Shown here one piece after another: positions 41,045 through 48,725 of a DNA stretch of 64,000 nt (position 1 is the stretch's first letter; each line of letters begins with the position of its first letter). The stretch is from an uncultured Verrucomicrobiae bacterium (GTDB lineage Bacteria; Verrucomicrobiota; Verrucomicrobiia; Palsa-1439), in contig CAWEWF010000001.1 in assembly GCA_963812605.1 (NCBI GenBank), forward strand, positions 355,580 through 419,579, in the 5' to 3' direction. The notes under the pieces were generated by a model that saw nothing but the letters and a program-made list of their open reading frames with translations, searched no databases and was not told the origin of the DNA. Position numbers and translations under genes: made by a program.

Positions 41045-41275
41045 GGTAAATTGCGGCGGACGCCGATGAGGATAAACTCAACGTTCTCGGCGCACAACGC
41101 GGACAACATCTCTTTGTAATCTTCGTTCCACATCGTGCTGAGGGCTGAGCGCGGCGACTTCGCGGGTGATGGGCCAGACCATCAACACCCGTTCCTCGAT
41201 GGTGCCGGGAACGTAGTTGTCGTCCGTATGATCGCCGAGCGCGGACTTGGTAATGGCCTGACGGTCGAGTTTCAC
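41026..41275 (-). pseudogene. Gene remnant(s) including a truncated nucleotidyltransferase-like N-terminus
   Basis: Minus-strand reading MWNEDYKEMLSALCAENVEFILIG... ends after 35 aa. An overlapping 65-aa ORF in another frame suggests a frameshifted fragment. Confidence 0.3.
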
Positions 41276-41376
41276 AGCGCTATTATACCCCGCCGGGTCC
41301 GCGGGGCAAGCCTCGCCGCGGGTAGGTAGTGTCCTAATCTTGGAGGGCCACGCTCTGTCGTGGCCGCATTGGGTTT

Positions 41377-41440
41377 TGTAGCCGAAGCGTAAGCTTCGGT
41401 GGTAGCAATGCAGATTCCCGAAGCTTACGCTTCGGCTACA
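41377..41440. other. Long perfect inverted repeat (23-bp arms, 18-nt spacer). Each arm contains an internal 7-bp hairpin with a GTAA (GNRA-like) loop. Candidate structured RNA or recombination site.
   Basis: TGTAGCCGAAGCGTAAGCTTCGG...CCGAAGCTTACGCTTCGGCTACA read directly. A second hairpin (GGCCACG/CGTGGCC) sits just upstream at 41345-41366. Confidence 0.5.
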
Positions 41441-41941
41441 GTCGGCGGCTGCAAATCAAGACATCACCACGAGTAACGAGAGGGGTCGCGCGGCGGGACT
41501 GCGCTTCACCAGGCAGCTACGCGCCGGGCTCGGCTTGCCATGGAGAATCGATTCGCCAATATCACCAGCGGCAACGGGAAACGGCAGGTACCGCCAATGC
41601 ATGGTAGTGCCATGTATCAGCGCTGGAAGAGAGACGGGGTTCGGGACGACGGTTGTGTAAAGCCGGTGAGCAACAAAGCAGTTTGTGTTAAGCAATTCGC
41701 GTTTTACTTTACACAAACGCAACGGGGCGGCTGCGATCAAATGACTGAAATGCCGTCGTAGTTCGTACAGAAGGCGATGACCTCTTTCCGTGTGTCGCAG
41801 GTACGGGTCGTGAGATGGGCGTCGTCAGCGGACTCGGTGGCGCTGTCGAACAAAACTTGATAGAACCTCAGGACTTTGCTTTCATAGGGCACATCCAACA
41901 CTTACTAAAGTTGTTCGTTCGTCTTCACTCAATCGAGGACC

Positions 41942-42553
41942 ATGTTCAAGAAAGCGCCCGATGCTCAAAACCGAAAGCGAGATGAAACCTTTATGTGTCG
42001 TCCTTTAATCATTGAGAGACATGGCGTCGAGAAAGTGCGTGGACAAACCTGCAGTGGTGAAAAATCATTTGCAGACCTTTCGATTTACCGGGTGACGTTA
42101 CCTAACGAAGATTATTTGGACGTTGCTTATGCTATCTGGAAGAACGGCGAGCGTGACATTCATACGTATCGGGTTGAAAGCTCAATTCGGGCGCTGCGAA
42201 GACTGGATCATGGCTTACGCCTATCTATCGACCGATATTCGTCACGTATTTCGGCCGTCGAATTACGCCAAGCACGTCTGGTAGAAAACACGCCGAAACA
42301 GTGGTCAAGATGCTTCAAGGCTTCGCTGAAGGAATTGCGGGAAGGGGCAGGTCTAAATTGCGTAAAGGTGCTTCGGAGGGCAGGAGCCGAAGCAATCGGA
42401 ACGAAGCAGGATGTGTTCGAAGATAATGGAAAGCGGCGGGACTTTCTCTGCGCTACGTTCAAATCGGAGGCGCAATGGCCTCCAATTCTTGCTTACGTTG
42501 TTTCAAGGATACTGCCCTTGATGCGCGGATACCGACACAAAGATTATGGATAA
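41942..42553 (+). CDS. Hypothetical protein (203 aa), first gene of the low-GC island
   Basis: Intact ATG ORF with about 47% GC versus about 62% in the surrounding genome. No recognisable motif. Confidence 0.5.
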   Translation: MFKKAPDAQNRKRDETFMCRPLIIERHGVEKVRGQTCSGEKSFADLSIYRVTLPNEDYLDVAYAIWKNGERDIHTYRVESSIRALRRLDHGLRLSIDRYSSRISAVELRQARLVENTPKQWSRCFKASLKELREGAGLNCVKVLRRAGAEAIGTKQDVFEDNGKRRDFLCATFKSEAQWPPILAYVVSRILPLMRGYRHKDYG

Positions 42554-42580
42554 CGATAAAATACAGCAACAGGAGGGTCA

Positions 42581-42814
42581 ATGAAAGGCAGGCAAAAAGG
42601 ACGCCCGACGAAGTGGGTTCATGCCACGATCGAGCAGTCGATATTCGTGGATCGAGCTGGATTCACGTTTTCGGTGTGGCGTAAATGGAAGCGCAATAGA
42701 AGTATGGTGGGCACTTTGACCGTCAGCGTGGGTGGTCTCAGATGGTTGCCGGCGAGGGGGAAAGCCCGCCGTCGACGCACTTGGGGAGAAATTGCGGACT
42801 GGCTAAGTGAATAG
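42581..42814 (+). CDS. Small basic protein (77 aa), possible DNA-binding or regulatory component
   Basis: Arg/Lys/Trp-rich. Lies between the orphan ORF and the nucleases, on the same strand with short spacers. Confidence 0.3.
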   Translation: MKGRQKGRPTKWVHATIEQSIFVDRAGFTFSVWRKWKRNRSMVGTLTVSVGGLRWLPARGKARRRRTWGEIADWLSE

Positions 42815-42862
42815 CGGCAGCCCGCCCGCCGCTCGGTCCACGACAGTCGTCCATTAATTAAT

Positions 42863-43594
42863 TTGGAGAAAACTACGATGAGACAGCACGAAGCGGTCAT
42901 GGAGGTAATGCAGTCAAATGGCGGCTACGCTACCCTCGGCAGGCTTTACAAGGAGGCGCTGAAAGTTCCGGGTGCGGATTGGACGAAGACCAAGACTCCA
43001 TTTAAATCCATCAACCGTATTGTTCAGGACGAAAGATTCTTCTTCCGAATTCGCCCCGGTCTCTGGGCGCTTAAAGATTGGAAGGGCAAACTTCCAAAGG
43101 AAATCGCGAATATCACGGACCCAGAATACAGTCATGGGTACTTCCAAGGCCTGTTGGTTGAACTCGGTAACTTGGAGAAGTTCGAAACCTTCGTCACCGC
43201 GCGAGACCGCAATCGGACTTTCATGTCGAAGCCGCTCGGCACCGTGGCGACTCTAAGTGAGATGTACCTGTTCACATATGATGAAATCGTCAAACGGGCA
43301 AAGATGGTCGATGTTGTTTGGTTTAATGACCGTAAAATGCCGCATACGTTCTTTGAGGTTGAACACACATCGGACTTCGACGCATCGCTACTGAAGTTTT
43401 TGAAATTCCAAGATTTTCATTGTCAGTTTCGAATTGTGGCGTCGGAGAACAAAGAAAAAGAATACGCCGACAAGATCGCGCATTTTGCCTACAAGGCCAT
43501 TGCCAACCGCACAAAATTTACGAGCTACAAAGTACTCTCGGACTATCATTCAAAGGCTCACGAAGCCGCCGTCGCTAAACGCCTCTGGGACTAG
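42863..43594 (+). CDS. HARE-HTH (winged helix) plus PD-(D/E)xK-like nuclease; candidate restriction endonuclease
   Basis: N-terminus AVMEVMQSNGGYATLGRLYKEALKVPGADW...FFRIRPGLWAL matches the HARE-HTH pattern. C-terminal MVDVVWF...FFEVEHT suggests a D...(D/E)x(K/H) nuclease core. Convergent with the methyltransferase. Confidence 0.45.
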   Translation: MEKTTMRQHEAVMEVMQSNGGYATLGRLYKEALKVPGADWTKTKTPFKSINRIVQDERFFFRIRPGLWALKDWKGKLPKEIANITDPEYSHGYFQGLLVELGNLEKFETFVTARDRNRTFMSKPLGTVATLSEMYLFTYDEIVKRAKMVDVVWFNDRKMPHTFFEVEHTSDFDASLLKFLKFQDFHCQFRIVASENKEKEYADKIAHFAYKAIANRTKFTSYKVLSDYHSKAHEAAVAKRLWD

Positions 43595-44947
43595 CGCGTT
43601 TTCACTCTCAAAATCTCCGTCTCGCACCGCACGATGTGTGTCGTCTGGAGCTTTACTGACTGTGGAGTGTGCGTCCAGGCGGATTGGACGTCGGCGTCGA
43701 CGGTAGTATGGACGACGCTGCCGGTGCGGGCTTGGGCGCACGAGAGGAAGACGAATTTCGTCTCGTGGAAGATGCTCTCGGTCTGGATTTCCGGTACGTC
43801 CGCCATTTCTCTGATCCGATCCATAGATCCGCTGCCGGGATCAAGATCATTCTGCGAAAAAGTTGGTATCTGGGACGCAACGGAGAACGACAGAGACCCT
43901 TCGACAAGCTCAGGGTGACAACCTGGCGGTTGCTCCTGACGCACCACGGAGACCTCGACACGGACGCGGAATTCACGGAGCCAGATTTGTATGATTTCGC
44001 GGTCGGCGCGTTTGGCGGCAAGTTCAATGTGGCGGTAATCCAGTTCGATACCGATAAATAGTCGGTGTAGTTGCGCACAGGCGACAGCAGTTGTGCCGCT
44101 TCCGAGGAATGGGTCAAGAACGCAGTTGCTTTCGTTGGTGGCCGCAAGCACGCACCGTTCGATGAGTGCTACGGGCTTCTGTGTTGAATGTCTGCCAAAC
44201 GTTTTCTCCGCCTTGCCCGGCGCGCGCATAGTCCACACCGTTTTCATCTGTTGCCGGTTGACGGCTTTCATGGCTTTGTAGTTGAAGACGTGTTTGCTCT
44301 TGTCGGTTTTGGCGGCCCAGAGGATGGTTTCGGTGGAGTGGGTGAAGTAGCGGCACGAGAGGTTCGGCGGCGGGTTCGGTTTTTCCCAGGCGATGTCGTT
44401 GAGAATCTTGATGCCGAGCTGTTGCATCGCGTAGCCGACGCTGAAAATGACGTGGTGGGTGCCGGTGACCCAAATGGTGCCGTTGGGTTTGAGGACGCGC
44501 TGGCAGCGCTTCAGCCATTCGGTGTTGAATTCGTGGTTTAGCTCGGGACCGCGACTCTTGTCCCAAGTCGCCTTTGTCCACTTTGACCATCTTGCCCGCG
44601 TGACAGGTGATGCCGCCGTTGGAGAGGAAGTAGGGCGGGTCGGCGAACACCATGTCGAAACAGCCGTCGGGATGTTTCGCAGCGATGGCGTCGAGGACCT
44701 CAAGACAGTCGCCCTGGTAGAGGAAGATGCCGTGGGGGTCGTCGCGGTAGACGCAATTGAGCGGCGCGAGCGCGCCGGGTTCCATGACGACGCCGTCGAG
44801 GGGATTATTGGAGTCGGAGGTGATAAGGCGTTCGGATGGGGCGGGGTAATTGACGGGGCGGACAGGATGAACGGGCGGGACGCCCGTTCTACGCGGACGG
44901 ATGGCAGGCGAGACGCCTACCCCACTATTTTTTGGTTTCCTCGCCAC
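43591..44947 (-). CDS. Beta-class N4/N6 DNA methyltransferase (DPPY motif), split by a 1-nt frameshift near 44563
   Basis: Motif IV FDMVFADPPYF is in ORF 44114-44947. After KVDKGD the reading switches to the frame of ORF 43591-44703 (WDKSRGPE...). Motif I DPFLGSGTTAVAC lies near the C-terminus. The methyltransferase domain ends by about 43990, and the remaining open frame down to 43591 is of doubtful coding value. Confidence 0.75.
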
Positions 44948-45081
44948 AGGCTGATCAGATCCATAGGATCGGGGATCGGATCAAGATCAATATCATTAAG
45001 CTTTTGGGGTGGTGGAGGACGCGGGCGCGATGCGATGCTGAAGGTTGACGAAGTGGCGGGGAGGGCGTAATTTGGCGTGGT

Positions 45082-45279
45082 ATGAGCGGCAAGGAATTGG
45101 CCAAACAGGTGGCGACTCTTTCTGACAAAGAGCGTGAGGCGTTTATTGCTGAACTGTTTACTTACGAGGATATTGTGGAGGATTTGGGGGACATACTCCT
45201 CGTGCGCGAGCGACGGAATGAGCCGTCCATTCCGTTTTCCGAGGTGGTCGAGAGGTTGAAGCGCGACAAGCTCGTATGA
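45082..45279 (+). CDS. Addiction-module antitoxin-like small protein (65 aa)
   Basis: LSDKEREAFIAEL...IPFSEVVERLKRD resembles small addiction-module antidote components. Its stop overlaps the downstream toxin-like start (ATGA). Confidence 0.4.
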   Translation: MSGKELAKQVATLSDKEREAFIAELFTYEDIVEDLGDILLVRERRNEPSIPFSEVVERLKRDKLV

Positions 45280-45347
45280 GCTACGCCCTGGCGTTCAAGC
45301 CATCATCTTCACAACCAGTCGGGGCGCTGAGGCCCCTCCCACGTTAA
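45276..45347 (+). pseudogene. Truncated RelE/ParE-like toxin stub (23 codons)
   Basis: MSYALAFKPSS... begins like RelE/ParE toxins (MxYxLxFxPxA) but terminates after 23 aa. Confidence 0.35.
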
Positions 45348-45409
45348 GAATTGAGAAATCCGGGCGAGGCACCCACCCCTTTATCCCCTCCGTGGAGGGG
45401 AACCGCTGG

Positions 45410-46306
45410 CTAGGTGGTTTTGGGATTGGGGCCGGTGGGGCGGTGGAGGAGGTGGTTGATGAGGCCGCCGAGGCCGTCGGGTTTTGTGCCGCTGCGGACG
45501 ACGAGCACGGGGAGTTCGGCGCGGTTGACGATTTCGCGGGTGATGTTGCCCATGATGTAGGTGCGGAGTCGGTCGTGGGCGGGAGAGGAACCGGACATCA
45601 CGAGGTCGTATTCGGTGCGCTGCAATTCTTCGAGCAATTCGTCGAGGACCAGGCCGTGTTGGAGGTGGACCTCGCAGGGAACGCCCATTTTCTCGAGCAG
45701 CTCTTTCTGATGGCGCAGGCTGCGGCCGAGTTTGGAGCTGGATTGGAGCACCTGACTGACATCGTCCTCGGATTTCACCATGTTGGCGTAAACGGCGGGC
45801 GGTTCGGCGAGCACATGGAGCAGATCGACTGAGGCATTCACGCGGCGGGCGATCTCACCCGCAAACTGCACGGTCGGGTCGGCTTGTTCCGTGCCGCCGG
45901 TGCAGAGCAGGATGCGACGCAACGCAGCGCGCTCGCCGATGACGACGAGCACGGGGGGTTCGACCGATTCGATGATTTTATAGGCGCGGGCGGACATGCA
46001 CATGGGTCCGCGGCTGCCTTTGCGCGCGGCGCCGATGACGACGAGATCGTAATGGCCTTCCTGCGTGCGCTTGATGATTTCGGGCACGGGCCGGCCAGCT
46101 TTCGTGATCAACTCGGCATTGAGATGGTACTCCTTCAGGATTTCCTGCGCCCGTCGCAATGCCTGCAAAACCTTGTCCTCCTGCCCGGCTTTTTCGACAA
46201 TGCCCAAGATGGAGGTTTCCGCCTGGCAGGCGGCGGCGATCAACGCGCCGAACCGCACGGCGTTCTCGGCCTGGCTTGAACCGTCACTGCAGAAAAGAAT
46301 TTTCAT
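45410..46306 (-). CDS. Universal stress protein, tandem UspA domains
   Basis: Two USP domains with an ATP-binding-like G-rich motif (VIGARKGSRGP / MSGSSPAHD). Confidence 0.8.
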   Translation of the reverse strand: MKILFCSDGSSQAENAVRFGALIAAACQAETSILGIVEKAGQEDKVLQALRRAQEILKEYHLNAELITKAGRPVPEIIKRTQEGHYDLVVIGAARKGSRGPMCMSARAYKIIESVEPPVLVVIGERAALRRILLCTGGTEQADPTVQFAGEIARRVNASVDLLHVLAEPPAVYANMVKSEDDVSQVLQSSSKLGRSLRHQKELLEKMGVPCEVHLQHGLVLDELLEELQRTEYDLVMSGSSPAHDRLRTYIMGNITREIVNRAELPVLVVRSGTKPDGLGGLINHLLHRPTGPNPKTT

Positions 46307-46322
46307 GTGTTTGTCGTTTTAT

Positions 46323-47246
46323 TTATTTGAAATGATGGCCTGTCAACAAACTATAGAGGATCAGCCCGGCTCCGAGAAGCGGCAGCGGCACGAACGCGAG
46401 CCGGATGCGCGCGCCGTGAAAGTATTGGGTCAGGGTCGCGCCGATTTGCGCGCCGATGGCCGCGCCGGTATGCATGACCAGCGCGATGAGGATGTCGACG
46501 TTGCCTTTGAGGGCGTGGGTGAAGGTGCCGTAGCTGGCGGAGATCACGACCTCGAACAAATCGGTGCCGACAGCGACATGCGTGGGCACGCCGAGAATGT
46601 AGACCATCGCCGGCATGCGGATGTAGCCCGCGCCGCCGCCGAGAAATCCGCTGAACACGCCGCCGATGTAAGCGACGACCAGGATCGTCCACAGCGAGAT
46701 CTGCTTGATGCCGGAATTCGGCAGGGAAATCATGGGCGGGAAATGAAATTTTTGGAATTTTTTGGCGATGTGGGCGATGGCCGAGCGGTCTTGCTTGGGT
46801 TTACCCTTGGAGGATTTGGGAGTGGGCGCCTTTCCCATCTTCAGGGTTTGCCAGCTTTCCCAGAAGATGAAAGATGAAATCGCAACGAGGACGATGACGA
46901 ACGCGATGGCGACAACGAAGTCCACGTTTTTATGCCGCTTCAACTGCTGGATGATTTGCGCGCCGGTCTCGACGCCGATGATGGTGGTCGAGGCCATGAT
47001 CAGGCCGAGTTTGATGTCCACATTGCCCAGCGCGCGATGTTTTTTGGCGGCGACGATGGATTTTCCCACGATGTGTGCGAGGTCCGTGCCCACAACGAAA
47101 TTCATCGGCACGCCGAAAAAGAACAGGGCGGGGCCCGCGAGAAAACTTCCACCGACGCCGAAAAAGCCGCCGCAGATCCCGATGATGAACCCGATGATAA
47201 TCAGGTAAACGGGATTGATGTGGGTGCCGGAGATCAGGAAATCCAT
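46323..47246 (-). CDS. TauE/SafE family sulfite/anion exporter (DUF81)
   Basis: Two internal repeats with the GVGGSFLAGPAL / GGGAGYIRMPAM pattern; 8 TM segments. Confidence 0.75.
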   Translation of the reverse strand: MDFLISGTHINPVYLIIIGFIIGICGGFFGVGGSFLAGPALFFFGVPMNFVVGTDLAHIVGKSIVAAKKHRALGNVDIKLGLIMASTTIIGVETGAQIIQQLKRHKNVDFVVAIAFVIVLVAISSFIFWESWQTLKMGKAPTPKSSKGKPKQDRSAIAHIAKKFQKFHFPPMISLPNSGIKQISLWTILVVAYIGGVFSGFLGGGAGYIRMPAMVYILGVPTHVAVGTDLFEVVISASYGTFTHALKGNVDILIALVMHTGAAIGAQIGATLTQYFHGARIRLAFVPLPLLGAGLILYSLLTGHHFK

Positions 47247-47249
47247 GGA

Positions 47250-47498
47250 TCACCCTTCACGTCTGCGAATGATGCGCAACAGCCCGGTGGTCAGCATTTC
47301 CAGGGCAACACCCTGGACGATGATCAAGCCGAGGGCCACGAACGCGTACAAGGTTTTGTTCTGGTCGAAGACGTGTTTGATCCAGCCGCCGAGAAAATGG
47401 AGGACGAGAAAAAAGTAGGCAAAGACAAAAGCGGCATAGACGGCCAGTTCCACGAGGAACGATCCCAACGACGCGCTTTTTTTCGGGCGACCGGCCAT
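47250..47498 (-). CDS. Small membrane protein
   Basis: 82 aa, two TM segments, immediately upstream of TauE. Confidence 0.35.
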   Translation of the reverse strand: MAGRPKKSASLGSFLVELAVYAAFVFAYFFLVLHFLGGWIKHVFDQNKTLYAFVALGLIIVQGVALEMLTTGLLRIIRRREG

Positions 47499-47567
47499 GC
47501 AATTCTCGTGACCTTAGCCTAAAACATGGAAAGTTTCCAATGGCGATGTTAGGTTCGTCCGCAAACC

Positions 47568-48632
47568 ATGGCCAAACTCGGCATCTGCATCGCGGGACTC
47601 GACGGGGCGGTCGCCAGCACGATGGTGGCGGGCGTGGCCTTGATGCGACGCGGTCGCGCGGAACCCTTGGCGATGATTGCGGAGCGGTTCGTGCGCTCGC
47701 ATAAGCTGGCGACGTTTGATGAGATCGTCTTCGGTGGTTGGGACCGCCGCGGCGAGAACCTGTTTGAGGCGGCGGTGCGGAACCGGGTGGTGGAGTTGGC
47801 GCGCTTGCAGCCCGTTGCGAAGGAACTGGCGGCCTTGAAACCCTGGCCGGCAGTGACCGCGCGGGCGGTTGCGGCCGGCCGCGACATCGAGCGCTTCCGC
47901 CGCAAGCACAAGGTCGATACTGTTGTCATCCTGAATCTTTTACCGACTGCCGCGCCGGGCGACTCGCAGGTGTACGCGCGCGCGGCGCTGGAGACCGGGT
48001 CGCCGTTCATTAATTTTACGCCCAACGACTCTGGGGAGGACGGCCTTGCCAACATTCCCTTCTGTGGTCGTGACGGCAAGACGGGGCAGACGTGGTTCAA
48101 GTCGGTGCTCGCGCCAGCATTGCGCGCACGGGAATTGCGGGTGACGGGCTGGTTTTCCACGAACCTGCTCGGGAATGAGGACGGGCGGACCGTTGGCGAT
48201 CCCGTGAAGGGGAAAGCGAAGATCCGTGACAAGTCACGGTTGCTTGGCGAGATGCTGGGGTACGAGCCGCATCATCACGTCGAGATCCATTATTATCCAC
48301 CGCGCGGCGACAACAAGGAAAGCTGGGACAATATCGACTTCGAAGGTTTCCTCGGTTCGCCGATGCAGCTCAAGGTGAACGCGCTTTTTCGCGACTCCAT
48401 TCTCGCCGCGCCGATGTGCCTGGATTTGGCGCGCTTCATGGAACTGGCGCAGCGCCGTCGCGAGCGCGGCCCGCAGGAATGGCTCAGCCTCTATTTCAAG
48501 TCGCCGTACGCGCGTTCCGTCAAGTCGCCGCCGCCGCACGATTTCCATAAGCAGGAACGGAGGCTCGTGGACTACCTGGCCGGCATCAACTTGCAAAGAA
48601 TGCCGACGAGTGGTCGTATCAGGGCGAGATGA
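47568..48632 (+). CDS. Inositol-3-phosphate synthase family protein (bacterial/archaeal type)
   Basis: N-terminal KLGICIAGLDGAVAST Rossmann-like motif and conserved WFSTNLLGNEDG / MCLDLARF region. Confidence 0.6.
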   Translation: MAKLGICIAGLDGAVASTMVAGVALMRRGRAEPLAMIAERFVRSHKLATFDEIVFGGWDRRGENLFEAAVRNRVVELARLQPVAKELAALKPWPAVTARAVAAGRDIERFRRKHKVDTVVILNLLPTAAPGDSQVYARAALETGSPFINFTPNDSGEDGLANIPFCGRDGKTGQTWFKSVLAPALRARELRVTGWFSTNLLGNEDGRTVGDPVKGKAKIRDKSRLLGEMLGYEPHHHVEIHYYPPRGDNKESWDNIDFEGFLGSPMQLKVNALFRDSILAAPMCLDLARFMELAQRRRERGPQEWLSLYFKSPYARSVKSPPPHDFHKQERRLVDYLAGINLQRMPTSGRIRAR

Positions 48633-48725
48633 ATGAGTTGCGGTGGGACTGAGTGAGAAAGACTTTTGACGGGTCGACACGGACGCGGCTCGCCGGGAGG
48701 CTCGCCCTCCAAACGGCTAATTGGA

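Noticed and set aside
43591-43960. C-terminal approximately 120-aa extension of the methyltransferase ORF, and plus-strand ORFs 43634-43918 / 43669-44061
   Set aside because: The methyltransferase motifs end by about 43990. The extension has no family resemblance and may simply be stop-free GC-rich sequence. Not claimed as coding.
46065-46877. 270-aa plus-strand ORF spanning the USP/TauE junction
   Set aside because: Antisense to two well-supported genes. Low-complexity translation.
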